Origin: Balanoglossus misakiensis
Taxonomy: Eukaryota > Animalia > Hemichordata
Length of the DNA: 64,000 nt
Direction of reading: 5' to 3'
Assembly: GCA_040954595.2 (NCBI GenBank)
Contig: CM082577.2
Coordinates: 12,061,654 to 12,125,653, forward strand
Below, piece by piece: positions 10,870-26,100 of this stretch (position 1 is its first letter; the number at the start of each line of letters is the position of its first letter). The notes beneath the pieces are model-generated. The model was not told the DNA's origin. It made no database searches and saw nothing but the letters and a program-made list of their open reading frames with translations. Both the position numbers and the translations under genes were made by a program.

Positions 10870-11196
10870 CTTAATCTTTGCGTGAATATTTAAATCAAGC
10901 AATGATCTCTCCATATCAGTGTCCATATCACTCAATGAAATGTAATTTTTTTCTTACAAAATTCAATATGCACAGTGGATTTAGAATAGAGAAAAATCTA
11001 TTACTGAGCCTCAGATGTCAGTTGACCTATGACTGACAGTGTGGGCATGTATGAGGGTCCATCACAAAAAGCAAAGAAATGACTTCATCTTCATGAAGAA
11101 CTGCTGTGTGTAGTAGTGTATATAAAATGAAAAAGCGACAAGATTTGAAAGATATTTTTCCCTGCAACTATTAAAATCCATGTAAGAGGGTTCACT

Positions 11197-14100
11197 TTAT
11201 GAATACACTGTGACTGATTCCATATTCAACAGTTGTAGAGTCTCTGCTATGATGGGTGCCGTGTCGAGCTTGGTGTTAATTCCAACGATGAATGCTTTCT
11301 GCAGTAAAACATTTGCATACTCTGAAACAAAAGAAAACAAAATACCAGATGAACAGCGTTGACAAGATATCAACTTACACTCAAAATTGTAATTATTGGC
11401 AACACACGACTGCTGTTTCTACTGTTGGCAGCACTGTGCTAACCAGAAAGTTCAAGTATGCAAAATCCACTTGACCAAGATTCTGGGTGAAATAGCCTGT
11501 TGCATGATGGCAAAGTCAAGATGATTAGTGCTGTCAAAACTGCAAATTTATGACACATCTCAAATGACAGACCAGTTTCACATTTCATTTTACATTTGTG
11601 ATGTAAATTCTTCATTATTGGAAACTTTAAATAATCTCACGAAAGAAAGATCTATTTACTGATCAGAATGCTTGATATGTTGGCCAATGGCTGCCATAAT
11701 GGTTCAATTCTGACATTTTCTGTGAGCACAACAGTGGTTTAGGAAAACAGACTATCAACCACAGACCTAGCAACATCACACTTTCTTGTTTTACTTCAGA
11801 ACAGGAACATTTTAATGCTATTAGATTAGGAACTTAATTCAGACTATTACAATAGGCCTCACCTTGGCACAACAGAGCAAACTCGGGTAGATGTTGTAGA
11901 GCCACATTGACGACACTCTGGTCACTGCTATCCAGACAATCAATAATGGCTGGCAGGAGTTCCTTGGCAGTGCTGTTGACAAACAGTAGAAAGTCTGATA
12001 AGTGGAGTACCAATAATCAATAGCCTTTTTCATATGCCCTTCCAAGACGATGCGAAAATGAGGCCAGTAAGTCACTGATTAAAAATTCTATCGTATTGTG
12101 TATTGTCGTTAAGTTGGGAGCAATGTTCGACAACCACATTTTATTGTTAGGTAATTTTACGTGCAACTTGTATCATATGTAACAACTGCATAATGAATAT
12201 TTTTATAAGTTAAACAGGAGATTCCAGATAAACAAAAATATAATGAAAGACAAGCCAAAAGTAAGAGCTATTGGAGCTTTTAAATGTCTGCATACCTTGG
12301 TTTTTGTCTGATATGTCTCATGATTAATGTATACGCTTTACTACTGCATTGACTGTAACCATTACTCATGAGCTGCATCAACTCAGTCTGTCATAAAAGA
12401 AACAACAGAAAATTTATATCATTATTGGCATTGAAAATCATGATCCAATTGAATTTCACTTACAATATTCCTAGTTTCTAACGAAAACGATGAGAAACTT
12501 TGGTTGGTGGTTTTGTTGAATTCAGAACTCTCAAATGACACTTATGCAGGTCTTCAAGCAATGCCAGAGTAATTCAAGCTTTGGAACTGAACCAAATGTT
12601 GGCTGTGAAAGTGACAAAACTTCAGAGTAAACTTACGGTGAAATAATGCAAGATATCCACTTTCCGTTTGGAGATGTCGTCCAATTCTTGAAGCCCTTCA
12701 AGTATCTCTGTGAAAAAACAGAAAACAAGAACCTTGTAAAACTGCACCGACTTTGATGTAGTTTCTGTCGAATGTTAATCTGGTTTTCAGATTCAGGATT
12801 CTGCCCAAACAAGAGTACAGATTACTTATTAAAATTCATACTCATTAATATTTATGTCTGTTGCAAGTCATACCCATTCGTCGATGATCAAAATGAGACA
12901 ACAGACTGGGTTGAGTACGTAATAGTGCTTGTCGGCAGCCTTTACAAACTTTTTCACTTGAGTGCCCATGGCATATCCAACACCGAGGCTGAATCTCCAT
13001 AGAATTATCAGATTACATGTAGGGCGCCCTCTGGAAGACTTATGTTTGACATGTATTCTGGCTATTCAGCTTGACTCAAACACAGGATTCTTGCACATTT
13101 GGGCATAAATTCTGTGAATGCTTACTTTTTTCAATAATGACAAGTGCATTAAATGCTGTCAAAATAAGGAACGAAAAATGTACCTTCAAGACTACTGTTA
13201 GAACCCAGTTTCATTTTGAGTGGTGTGACGTCCGACTTGGACCAGTGGGCGGAGGTCGATGAGGAGGCCATACCACTGAATGCGCCAATGCTTGACCCCC
13301 TTGTGACCTGGGTTGCCACGGTGACATTGGCCTGGGAATCCTTGGCACTTCTGCTGGGCAGTGCAACGCTGGCAACTAGGGCCTTCAATATGGACAGGTC
13401 AGGGTAGTAGTTACACAGATCACTATGGAGATACGGAGTAAGCAGTAATCAGTATGCGACAAAGGAAGAATTGTTCCACACTACAATTAAATTATTACTA
13501 ATTTAAAGCTCCAATAGCTGCCTTTTTTGCATTATTTTCAACATTGTGGTACATGGTGGTCCATTTAAATGAGTTTACAGATAGGCATACACGATGCATA
13601 TACATAAACACACATACATTGTACTCGTATGCATACTGTGTTTTTGTTAAGGGCGGTACCAAGCTAAATGTTACCGGGGTTCCCCAGTCATTTTACCGGG
13701 GTTCCCCTTGGTATATCAATGCAGTCACAGTTTAAGCAGAAGCATTACTAGTGTTCCCCGGCCTTTAGCAAAAACACTGATACATATGTAGTCAATGCAC
13801 ATAATTGGATGGATTCTTATCTTTTCTGCAACAATGCACATGAAATAGTCAGCAACTGTTGAGTGCATACTCACTGTAAAATGTTGGCATGTTTTTCCAG
13901 CAATGTTGTTGCTTTACTCTGGTCATAGCTGCTGTAACAGTGTAAAAATTCAATGAATTTGTTGACGACCAATGCCACGGTCTTCTGTCTACCGTATTCC
14001 TGTGAAATGCAAAAACAGGTCAGCAGAGTTGAGTCATTTTCAATAAAAATATTTCAGTTCAAACATGACTTAAATATGTGTGTCTTTTCAAAATGTGCAT

Positions 14101-17100
14101 ACCATCTGTTATAATTTGGACTACCTATCACTTTTGACAGTTGTGACAAGAAAATGGCACAACTACGCTACACTGTACAGTGAAACCTGTCGTTACAGAC
14201 AACTCTCAAACAGGACACCTCTCTATTAAGGACCGACTTGTCAAGACCTGTCTATTAAGGACACCTCTGTATTAAGGACCGATTTTCTGGTCCCAGATTT
14301 CTGTACTTGTACTGATTCACATTTGATTAAATATCTTTCATATTTGCCAAAAAATCAGAATTCAGAGAACAACTAAACTACATATACACTAAGGAAAAAA
14401 CAATGTTTGTAATGACCATGAAAAGGTAACAGGACTATAACGGTATTCACGTAGTGTGTTCTTACCCTGATGAGGTGGAAATAAGATGTCAGTGTTGTGT
14501 GTAGCAGTTCTGTATCCTGCTGGAACACGTACGGTTGAAGCAACTCCAATAAGCCGAGAATGTGCGAGAAGAAGAGAAGATGGTGGCGAGATCGGAACTC
14601 GGGAAACGTCAGATGAACGCGTCTTTTCAAGGCGGCTGAAATCATGGCCATTTGTCTGAAATTTGAAAATTAGATAAATAGGACATCAAATCAGGTCCAA
14701 TAATCAATATCATTCAAGGTAAGCTAATGACCAGGTCCAAAAAATATGAGAAAGAATGATAATGTCAACAGGATCATCTTGAACCACTGCTAAGTGGTGG
14801 TACTAGGTGTCCGGAATGGGTAAGCGTACCCTGCTAGCATGCTACACAAGTCAAGACTGACCACAAGTGACATGTTACAGTGAAATTTGGCTAACTACCA
14901 AACTACTGTTGCAAGTCAAATCCAGGAATGATGTCACTCATGATTTAAGTAACAGTCATGTCACATTTGGAAACAACATCACGTAAAAAAGGATAAGAAT
15001 TACCCTTTCATGAATTCTTGCATTGCAGTCCTGCTCATAATACTTTGAAGGTGTGGTTGGTTAACAGGTAATCTTTGTCACAATAATCTATTTTTTTAAT
15101 TTTATAATGAGACTTGAATTGCCACTTTTAGAACATGACTGCAACCACACAAGTTGAGATAGTTTTGCTCCAATACTGTGATGTGTCCGCATATAGAATA
15201 TCCTGTGGATGCTATGCTAATCATACAATCTTGCTGAGTCTATAAATGCCTTCAAGTGGTATTACCAGATTTTGGTAAGTAGCAGAAGATCATCACTGAT
15301 TTGAACTTAGAATGATACCATTGTGACTGTCGGATATGATTTTTTTTGCTTACCTGAGTAACAATGTCGGATGAGACGTTGCTATCTTTCGGAGCGCAAT
15401 GTTGGCATCGTTCATTTTGTTTTCACAATTTCGTCCAGCTTTTGTTGCGGCCAACGTCAACAATAAACTGTGGGTCAGCACATCAAACTGAAACAAATAT
15501 TAACAGAGATGCTTAAGATGCTATGAGATGGTGCCTTAATTTCTACTTTCATGTAGAAGAAATAAATGCCATGAAAATTAAAAAGGGACACAGAAAGATT
15601 GGACAATCACAAACAGTATATGAAAGAGTTTGTGACACAATAAATCTAATTTGATTACAAAATGTATATACAAACCTGTCTATAGTGGCCAGTCTAGGGA
15701 CTTTCCTAAACTGGCCTTCATAGACAGGTCAATTAATGTACATGTTAATTACTAAGGGACTATAACAAAGTGGCCAAGGAAGAATTCTTCAGTGTTTCAT
15801 TTGTATTGGAAGTTAGAAATTCAGATGTTTACAATCAAGTACTGGCACCTATGGTCAAAAGACAGTTCTAAAATTGATGCTGCCCTCTCTGCAGTGCACG
15901 CATCTTCCCCGTGTGAAACAAAAGAGAGAAAAAAAGGTCTTACCTGTGTGACACTCTGACTGACACTGTTTGCATTCTTGACCAGCAAGTCACTTTTTCT
16001 GACGCTCTGAATTAAATCAGGTTGTTGCAGATACATCTCTGACAGTAAAAGCAACGGAGCATTGTTCATAGCACTGCAATAAACAAATATATTAAGTTAG
16101 TTGACGTCATTTAAAGCTGTAATTTGGTAGAAATACATAGCAATAAAGCTAAATATCAAAAGTTCACACATGGGATTACCAGATTTTTGGGGGGCTCTTG
16201 CGAAGTTCGCAAAAATGAATCGTGCAGTAGTTCAATACATATGAAGTTATACCATCTGGGATTTTTTGCAGTATACACAGAACCTTGAGTTCAAATGACA
16301 AATTTTGCGTTTGGATTTTGAGAGTGTTGTAAAATGTTACTGTTGACTACAGTTAAAATTCTTGTGGCAAATATTAATGGGATAAAAAATGAATAACAAT
16401 TTCTGATCCTAAAACAGGTAGAAATTGCAAAAGGTGATAAACAATTTTACAAGAAGGAAAATTTTTGTAAAATTCTTACCCATTCATGTTAATTTTAGAG
16501 AACAGATGATTGACAACATCCCTCATGACCGGTTTGTTACCATGACAATAATTCATCAGAAGGGGGAGTCTGACTTCTACGATGAGGGACGTCTTGTCGA
16601 TTGAACAGTTGTCCAGCTCAGCCAGGATGAAGTCTGTCAATGTACATACTTCTTTTGCAGACAGATTGAAGATAACTTCTTCTGTACGTTTCTGTAAAAG
16701 AAGCACATTTGTGATGTGAGTACACCAGCAGGTGTCACAAGTTATTTGCACTCTCGGTTTCTGTAAACTTGAGAGAGTTTTATCTGCTCTAATGTATTTA
16801 TGACTTTTTTTTATTCATGCAGTACAAATCTGACTGCACTGATTCATCAAACTTCATATTTATTACATTATATCATGCTACCAAATGCCATTCTGATTGG
16901 ATGGGAGCTCCAGCCAGCGATGCTAACATACGTAATAGTGCACTGCTAAAACTGGACCCTGAGCTAGATGTAAAGTTAATTTTAGCTACATTAGCTAGCT
17001 CTATATTTACCATGGTTTAGGTGTCTTTATAGCTAAATTAAACCCATTGATTCAACCAAAAATTAGAATGTGCTAAACAAATTATGCAGCTAGTGTTTAA

Positions 17101-20100
17101 CAGTATTTCTTACCTTTGGTGTTTTGGTGTCTCTGCCCTGCCAGAGTTTGGGAATGTGTATGCAGGCCCACAGGAAGTCTAAAGCTGCAGTTGAGTCAAT
17201 GCTGAAATGAGGAAATATTATTAGTTTTTTGAAAACAATGTACATGGCTAAAACTGCAAGAGAAAGTCTGGGTGGACCTAGGTAAAGCAGATGTCCCAGC
17301 GATTTGAGTAAGTTTGAAATTTATATTGGGGACATTCTCGTGACACAGGACTAACAGCACATCGCTCACTGTGTTAAACGGCACAAAAGTTACAATTTCT
17401 GTCAAACTCTGCACCTATTCTAGTTTCCCCCTAAAAAATTCACGAAAATGGCAAGACTTCAGTGTTATATTGAAATTCTACATTAAATTAAGCACTAAGC
17501 CACATACCTTGGCAATTCATTCTTCACATGAAGCAATTGTGATTTTAAGATCTTTACAAGATTTTCTGTGCACAAAGATCAACCTGAAGAAGGACAGTTT
17601 CTCACCTGGTTGAGTCTGTCCTTGGCTTGAGTAACCAATCAATGCATTTATGCAAAGTCTGCCAATTACTCTGGTGGCTCAACAGTGCCAGCAAATAAGC
17701 ACTGCACGAACTTTGAACTTTGCCCTCTGTTCTGGGTTTGTGCGTCTTGACGAAGAGTAACTGGTGTTGCAGCTGTGGGCAACTTTGCACAATCTCGGGG
17801 TCCAGGAGTTCCAGCCAATCAATAAGCAGCCCTGCCGTTGACCAGCCTAATTCGCATCTGTGATAATGTGTAACAGAAGAGAAATATACAGTCAGTGGAG
17901 TAAAGAGTAGAAAACAGTCATACTGATGGAATTGTTGGCTGGTACCCTGCCTCGGTGACAAGCACCGAAGAGGAAGGTAATGACAAACCGCCATTTTTAG
18001 AATTGTGGAATCTGATTGGCTAATAAATGAACGTTCTCATTGGTCACTATTACTCCCGGGCTAGATTCAATCTGTCGCTTTTCTTGACAATCATTATTAC
18101 CCTTCTCGAATATACATATATTTTTTGAAAACCAACAGTTTATGATGGAAGTGAAGCTAAAATCAATACAATTACTGACTTAAATGTACATGTACATAAA
18201 TTTTTACAACAGACATGCGCATTAGCCCTCTTCTGAAATGTCAGAAACAAAATGGCAAATGGAGTGTATCTGCATCTATCTACGTGACACATCTGCCTGT
18301 CTAGTCATGTGAGATGCAGTGTTAAGCGAAATGGAATTGCCGCCACTCAAATGCCATATTATTCTGACTGGCCATGACAGCTCAGCTGAGAAAGCTTTAT
18401 AGCTGTGAACTGGACCATGGCGGCGTGAGAGTTAAAAAAATATGGACAAGGTGATCCCAGGAACTCAAAAGCCACCAGACGAATGGGTCTTGAGATAAAC
18501 GTGGACTTACTTGTCAATCAATCTGGACTGCTCTTGTAACAGCAACTCACTCAATGCTTCACTTGTGCTGGATGATTTTGTTGGCACTTGCATAGCAACA
18601 GATAAGGCTTTATTCAGAAACTCTTCTAGTTGGCTGGAATTGGCGCCTGTCAGCTGGTGATACACTGCAAATGGTGCAAAAAGGTGTAAAGTCGAACGAA
18701 ATTCACCAATCATAAAATGTATCATTTGCAGGATCATACCATAAAAACTTGTGAATGAATTACAATTATAGCAAGCGCATATTGAATCACAGACTTAGAA
18801 ATAACGTTACAAGTGTATGGTGTCACCAACGACAACATTTATTCTTTTTGAGCCTAAATGTTTAACCACAACAAGACTACCACAATGACCTTGTGAGAAT
18901 GAACCCACCAATAAATATATAATCTGAAGCTATCAGAGAAATGGAACGTTTTTGGCAAAGTATTGCAGAGCCTTCAGTTGACCGAAGATGACGAAGCATG
19001 CATGTGGACAGTGGAGTGTTGACAACAATGTGAATATATATATACATGTATGATAGCTTGCTGCGTATGCACTCAGGTCAAACCCGTTACAAATTACCAA
19101 AAATAGCGTCAAGGACACTGTGGTCCCATTTGAGGATTATGCGGAAACAGTGACACACCAGAATAAAAATTACAGGTGACATTGCAAGCAGATCTGCAAG
19201 CAGCAATATCGGGCCAAGCCAACATAGCACATAGCAACATAGCAATAAGCATATCTGCTCTGGATGCCAAGATATGGAAAAGTAGGTCAAAGGTCACCTG
19301 AGGTTATGCAAAATTTGGGCAAGAAATTTTGACCCTATACTGGTCCATGTTCAACAAAAACCAAACCTATAGCCCTATTGGTTAGCCTGGAATTAGTTAT
19401 GCACTTAATTAATGAGATATGCAGGTGTCACAGGTGACCCCAAATTTTGGCTTTTCAATTTTAGTCCCAACCCTCCAAACGCCAAGTCTGTACCTGCTCT
19501 GGATGCCAAGATATGATAAAGTATGTCAGAGGTCACCTGAGGTCATGCAAAATTTGGGCAAGAAATTTTGACCCTATACTGGTCCAGGTTCAACAAAAAC
19601 CAAACCTATAGCCCTATTGGTTAGCCTGGAATTAGGTATGCACATAATTAATGAGATATGCAGGTGTCACAGGTGACCCCCCAATTTTGGCTTTTCAATT
19701 TTAGTCCCAACCCTCCGAACGCCAAGTCTGTACCTGCTCTGGATGCCAAGAAATGGTAAAGTAGGTCAAAGGTCACCTGAAGTCATGCAAAATTTGGGCA
19801 AGAAATTTTGACCCTATACTGGTCCATGTTCATCAAAAACCAAACCTATAGCCCTATTGGTTAGCCTGGAATTAGGTATGCACATAATAAATGAGATATG
19901 CAGGTGTCACAGGTGACCAATATTTTGGCTTTTCAATTTTAGTCCCAACCCTCCAAACGCCAAGTCTGTACCTGCTCTGGATGCCGAGATATAGGAAAGT
20001 AGGTCAAAGGTCACCTGAGGTCACCCAAAATTTGGGCAAGAAATTTTGACCCTATACTGGTCCATGTCCCACAAGAACGAAACCTCTAGCCCTATTAGTT

Positions 20101-23100
20101 AGCCCGGAATTAGGTATGCACATAATTAATGTGTTAAGCAGGTGTTACAGGTGAGCCCAAATATTTGCCTTTTATTTTGGCCCCATTGTGCGCACTGACC
20201 AATAGACAGTCACTGTACAGGACTATTGCACAGACCAGAATTCCACAATAAGACTTGGACATAGCTTAACCATAGAGGTATAAGTAAAGGTATAAATTTA
20301 ATAAAAAGACTAAAAAATTCATAAAAAATAAAACATCGATGATATTAACTTAACACTTACAGGTCGATGTGAGGTTGACATATGGTACATGCATACCAAT
20401 TTTTAAAGCAATCTGACGAGTAGTTGTCGACTTTCAGAGTTTTGATAAATTTCACATTTTTCCAGCTAATTTGCATATTTTTGGGCCTGGCAACTTCGTT
20501 TGGACAAACTCCCATCTACAGCCCAGCCTGCACCTACACACCAAATATTGAGGTGATACGCACAGCGGTTTTCAAGTTTTTGATGTGGACGGACATACAG
20601 ACATACATCCATCCATCCATCCATCCTTCCATCCATACATCCATACATACATACAGACGCAACCGATCCCATAAGGTCCCATGGTATATAGGCCTATACC
20701 AATGGGACCTAAAAATGTGGATCTATATATAATTAACATTGGGTCCGTTCCTTCTTATTCCACTCCTCGTGTTTCTGTTTGTTTGGTAAGACTATCTAAT
20801 AAGTTAGCCCTTTCACCCCCATTTCCCTCTTTAGGGGTCCAACCTTACCATAGAAAACAATGGGTTTGGACTGAACCATGGCGGTGAAAGGGTTCAGGTG
20901 ATTGAGGGAGTGTTAAAAGTGCAGACTTTTACCTTTCTGTAACATGTCTCTATCTACTGCCATCCGTCCTTCTGAGACTGCTTCAATGATTTCACTCACT
21001 TCATCCAAGTTGCCACCACTGGCTTTGATGGGACTTTTCTCGCTGCTCAGGGATTTTGCTTGAAGGTAATATGTAAGAATGGAATTTAGACGTACATCCC
21101 TACATAAAGGGAGGACATTTGGAAATGATACTGGTAATGGAGAATGGAGTTTTCGGGAGGGGTCTCAAATTCAAGGAAATGCCAGGAATTTCCAGGAGTG
21201 TACGAATCCGATTAAGAATTCTTTACTATCAATCATGTGATATGGCCATGTGACCCATTTAGCATTGTCATTTCCAGTTGATGGGCAAATAATATTTCGG
21301 CATCCAGTGAAAGTTTGTCCGAGTATGTTTATACTTTGGAACCACCAGACACGTAACATGTATCAGGCATGGTGCCCCATCAGCCTCATGGCGTTTCGTC
21401 TGCACCACGTTGCTGAAGTTGCCTGTCAGCTGGAAATTTGAACATCATTGTATCTGTGTCTGACTGCATCTGACGTCATTTGATATCAAGGAATAAATGC
21501 GTTCTAAAAGTGTTGCAGAATTTTTCTATCTATCCTGTGTGATTTAGTGAAAATGCTCAAGTTACAGGTTGTGTATGGTTTTGAGATTTATTGGAATATT
21601 TGAGGTAAAATGAAATAAACAGCTCACCTTGTTGTCTGTTGACTTTTTCATACTGGTTGAGAAGTTTTGTAAACACACTGTTTTCAGACTTTGATGAACT
21701 CAAAATTGCAGATACTAGCTGGACAAACCCCATCATATTTTCCTTCTTTTCAAGATGTTTCTAAATGATATGAAGAAGAAAATTCAAATTGTGATATAAA
21801 GAAGAAAATTCAAATTGCAAAGTAACTGAACACACACTAATTTTACTTGGAAATGTAGACAGTAATGTACTACCAAAGTATTAGTGAAGCCAAAAAATCA
21901 TAAATATCTATTCTGTACGAAGTCACAAATCTATGAGGATATTTAATGTAAATTTATCAATTTATTACTTATATACCCCTGTAAATGTCTCATAATTTGA
22001 GGAATAATATTTTGGAAGCTGAACATTGACAGAACTTGCATAGGAAACTCAAATCGAATTTCAACTTCTCCAATATATGGAATCACATTTAAAGCTTACT
22101 GACTTGAGAAAAATGAATTGAATTTCAAATTCTCAAATAACCGAAACTATATTTCAAGGTAAGTACTCTTACTATAAAATTGACATGCAATTACCTGTCG
22201 TTGATGAAGCAAACTGAACAATGGACACGACAAATGATGTTTTCTGTGCAGATTATAAATAAACTGGCTCTCATCACTTGACGTTAGGATTTCTTGCATT
22301 GCCACAATGATGTGATCACCAGAATTCTCTGATGAATCAAACGATTTCATTCTGGAGATTTCCCTGGACAGTGTCTGTGTGAGAAATGATGACAAAATAT
22401 TAATATCATTTATTAGGAAACCTGGCCGGTCACTGAGAAATCTGTCGGCCTTTACAAAGTATAGTTCATAATTTCTCAAGAAATGATAAAGTTGCCTTAA
22501 AGGTATACAGTCACCTCCAATTTACATACGCCCATATATGGCTGAAATGGAGTATTTGAGCGTTCTAAAGAACATATGGCGGCGTTCTTTTTTTCGCGTG
22601 TGCCACCCACATGCACAGAAAATCTGTGATTGGCTAGATCTCAATTTGCCATGGTAACTATAGCTAATTTTCCATAGGTGACAATATACCTTTAACATAT
22701 CATATTTCTTCTGGGAAGTGTAATTGTTTTTAGATTAAATATTACATACCAATTGTATGCCTCTCAGATATTGCCTTTCCGTTGATGCACTCACTTTGTG
22801 CTCACCAATACTGAATAACTGGAAATATAATCAAAGAGAAAGAAATCACATACTCATTACTACATAAGCAATGATATTGTAAAACCTCTAAACAACTCAC
22901 ATTAAAGTCAGATAGCAAAACGGCAGAGGAAACTGTTCGGTTTGTGGAAGTGACTGGTTAAAGAGTCTGAAGTTCCTTTAGCATTAGAAAAGAGTCCCAG
23001 TATATAGAGGTTTCTGGATTAGACAGATTTTGCTGTACAACCATTTTCATACAACAGCCATAAAATTTATGATAAAAACAACTGCTAAATTACCCAGCTT

Positions 23101-26100
23101 GGTAAGTTTTGACGTGTTTGGAAAGTTGTCCATGTTGGATGGCACAAGATCAGCTTTTGATTGCCTGAATTCATGAGACACGATCAGTTGTGTTTTGGTT
23201 CAAAAGATCATGACCTGGTAAGAAGCCTTGCAACGTGAGGTAACTACAGAGGGAGCCATACTCTACCCCTTGGCCTTGATTTGACTGAGAAACCATGACT
23301 TACAGAAAAGCCACTTGGAAAAGGGTCCACTCCTATTTCTAAAACAAACTTACTTTCAGTAAGATCAACTTGGCTGACTCTTGACTGTCTACAATGACTT
23401 TTCTTGCATCCATCTTGGATCCAACATCTTTCTTTTCATCCACCTGCATTGCCTCACTTTTCTCTTCTTTCTTTTCCTCATCTGCAAAAAAATTGTGTTA
23501 TGTCCATGAAATATTATATACTTTCGCGAAAATAAATAGTTGCAAAAATTTTCAAGAACAGTAAGTGTTGGTGGTCAAAATTCACATATATGTGTATGGT
23601 CATCATTTCACGGGTAGCCGACCACTTCTGCATTCAATTCAACAAAGTCAACATGAGCAAAAATCTGGCCAATTAATTTTGTTCAGACAGGTAATAAATG
23701 TTCGAGATATCAGCGGCATCTTAATAGTAACATGAATTTCATGAGCATTCAGAGCAACATTTTGAAAAAAAAGAAATATAAAATCCGAATAATGTCCAAA
23801 GTTGAAGCATTCTACGAGTTTCCTTCACAGACACTATTTCACAACACAAATACTACAAGTACCTTTGTTCTCTTTCTCCAGGAATGACTGCAGCATAGCG
23901 TGGAATTTATTTCCACCTTCCGCCCCTCTCATCTGTTGAACTTCCACTAACTGAGCCATGTATCCCTTGTCAACCACAGCCTGTTCCATACTGTACAGAT
24001 CTTGTCTGCAGGCCATGTCGAGATGCTGCAATAGTTTGCTGTGAAAAGAAACAGTAGTGTTACATGTGTATGTGTGTTACAGGGCCAGATCACGGCACAT
24101 CATGACAAAATCTTTGTGAATATGGTGCTAGCATCATGTTTATAGCAGATCATGTGTATTCATACTTGTGGGCCAAATGACCTTAATATGTGGTTTGTTG
24201 TATGACTTAATTATAACACACACACCCAGTTTTTTTAATAGTCCTGCTTGAAAGATCACAGAGTGTCTTTGGCTACTGAAAAGCCCCACCACAATGAGAA
24301 ATGAAACTCGCAACACCAAAGAGTAAATCCCTAAGGTTGTAATTTAAACCAAGTATGGAAATTGGGATGTATGATAGTTTTGATGAAGAATAATTCTAGA
24401 CTAACACACCTCATGCTGTTGACTGGTATACCAAAGGACTGCACAAACAAAACCAACTGAGCTGGTTCCAAGTCTTCAAGGGCTGAAAAGCAGACAGATT
24501 TGGGATTAAAACATAGTGGTCAAACTAAAGTTCGGTGAGAAAAGGTTTCAAGTTGAGTTGAAACACAGATTGGCGATATTTCAATGAAAGATCAAATGCG
24601 AAAATGTAAATGGTGCAACTGCCGAGCAACTGATCAGGCCATGACAAACACTGCACATCTTCACAAAAGATTTTTGGGTTGCAATTTATAGCATAAAATT
24701 ACTGTAAAACATGATATTTTTGTGATATCAACAGAGGTGACTATTTCGCAATGATTAATTTTCGCATTTTCTTATCTCCATAGAACATTCCATTGCAAAA
24801 TCCATTCCATTCGCAACTATTTATTTTCGTGTCTTTTGGCTCTCGCAACATTTGCAAAAAATTTCTCGTTTCACAGTTGCACTGCATCAGTTGGGTGTTA
24901 TATTTGACTTTAAGAGGGTGCAATACTGTCAATCTAATCTAAATCACAAAGTAACATTATTGCTATGGCAACCTACCAGCATCCACAAGTCTTGGAACAT
25001 TGGAGCGAATCATTCTCAGCTTCAACCAATCAGGCAAAAGGAGAGCTTCTTCTGAGGTGTCCACCAGAAATGCTGACGGACACGGTGAGTTGTCTGGAAA
25101 CCAGGCACTTAGCAAATAGTCAAAGGAACTATCTCCTGCAAAATGAAGAAATAATCAAATTAAAGGCCAACGATAGTGCATGTGCGTAATTTCATGTGTA
25201 CAAACATTATGTCCAGTCCAAATGTTCTGCAAATTTTACGTTTCGACGCATTCAAATAGTGGACTGCCTTAGCTTCTTTCCATATTTCATGCGCGCCATA
25301 CAACTCATCCATTTGTAGAAGTTCAGTGTTATGTTGGAATTTACATGACTTGGTTTGTCCTGGCTATTATAATTAGTAGTAAATATTTGTAAACATGGAA
25401 ACCAATGTCCTGGTAATTCAATATGATACAGAATGACAATAGTCTTCCCATAATTGTTCATTGTGTGTCAGCTTGAAGAAATGTCAACAAACTGTCAATT
25501 CTAATGAAATACAATCAAGTCACAGCTCAAAGTAGCAGCAAAGAATCATTTAACGGCTTAAAATATCATTTGCATACATACGTGGAGGTTTTCCAAAGGT
25601 TAGCAGAATGACCATAGCATGTACCACTAAGATATGCATGGTGGCCACCTCACCACTCTGCCATTGGATGAACACTTGGTCTTGAGTGTCAGACTGTGGG
25701 AGAAGGGGAGAAAATGGCCATTTCAATATCAGTCACAAAAAAATATCAGTCACACCAAAAATACAACTCTAATGTCTGGGACTGGTCATTAGGAATATTG
25801 AACTTTAGACTGTCATATGTTGGTTCAGTCTCAATATTTTTAATAGTGTGGTTGGGTTCAAACACAGTGAATTGGGATGCAATGGTATACAACATTAACA
25901 CTGAATCATTTCAAATTAACATTTGTGAAAACATTGAAGCCATATTAAGGCCATACCGGTATAGTTGATTATTAGCTGAAAGACAGGGCAGAATATATTG
26001 GAAATTTAATTGGCCACAAAAATCGACTTTTCTGCCATTCTGAAAATTCCATGTAGAGCTCAATCCTCTTGCTGCTTCATGTCAAGCATAATGTTAGGAC

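Noticed and set aside
19256-20160. CRISPR-like regular array
   Set aside because: The units are contiguous near-identical 239-bp repeats without unique spacers. The context is a eukaryotic intron with no cas genes.
21350-21430. Possible extra INTS1 exon
   Set aside because: In the required phase it reaches a stop codon or needs a weak non-canonical donor. The model already totals about 2185 aa without it.
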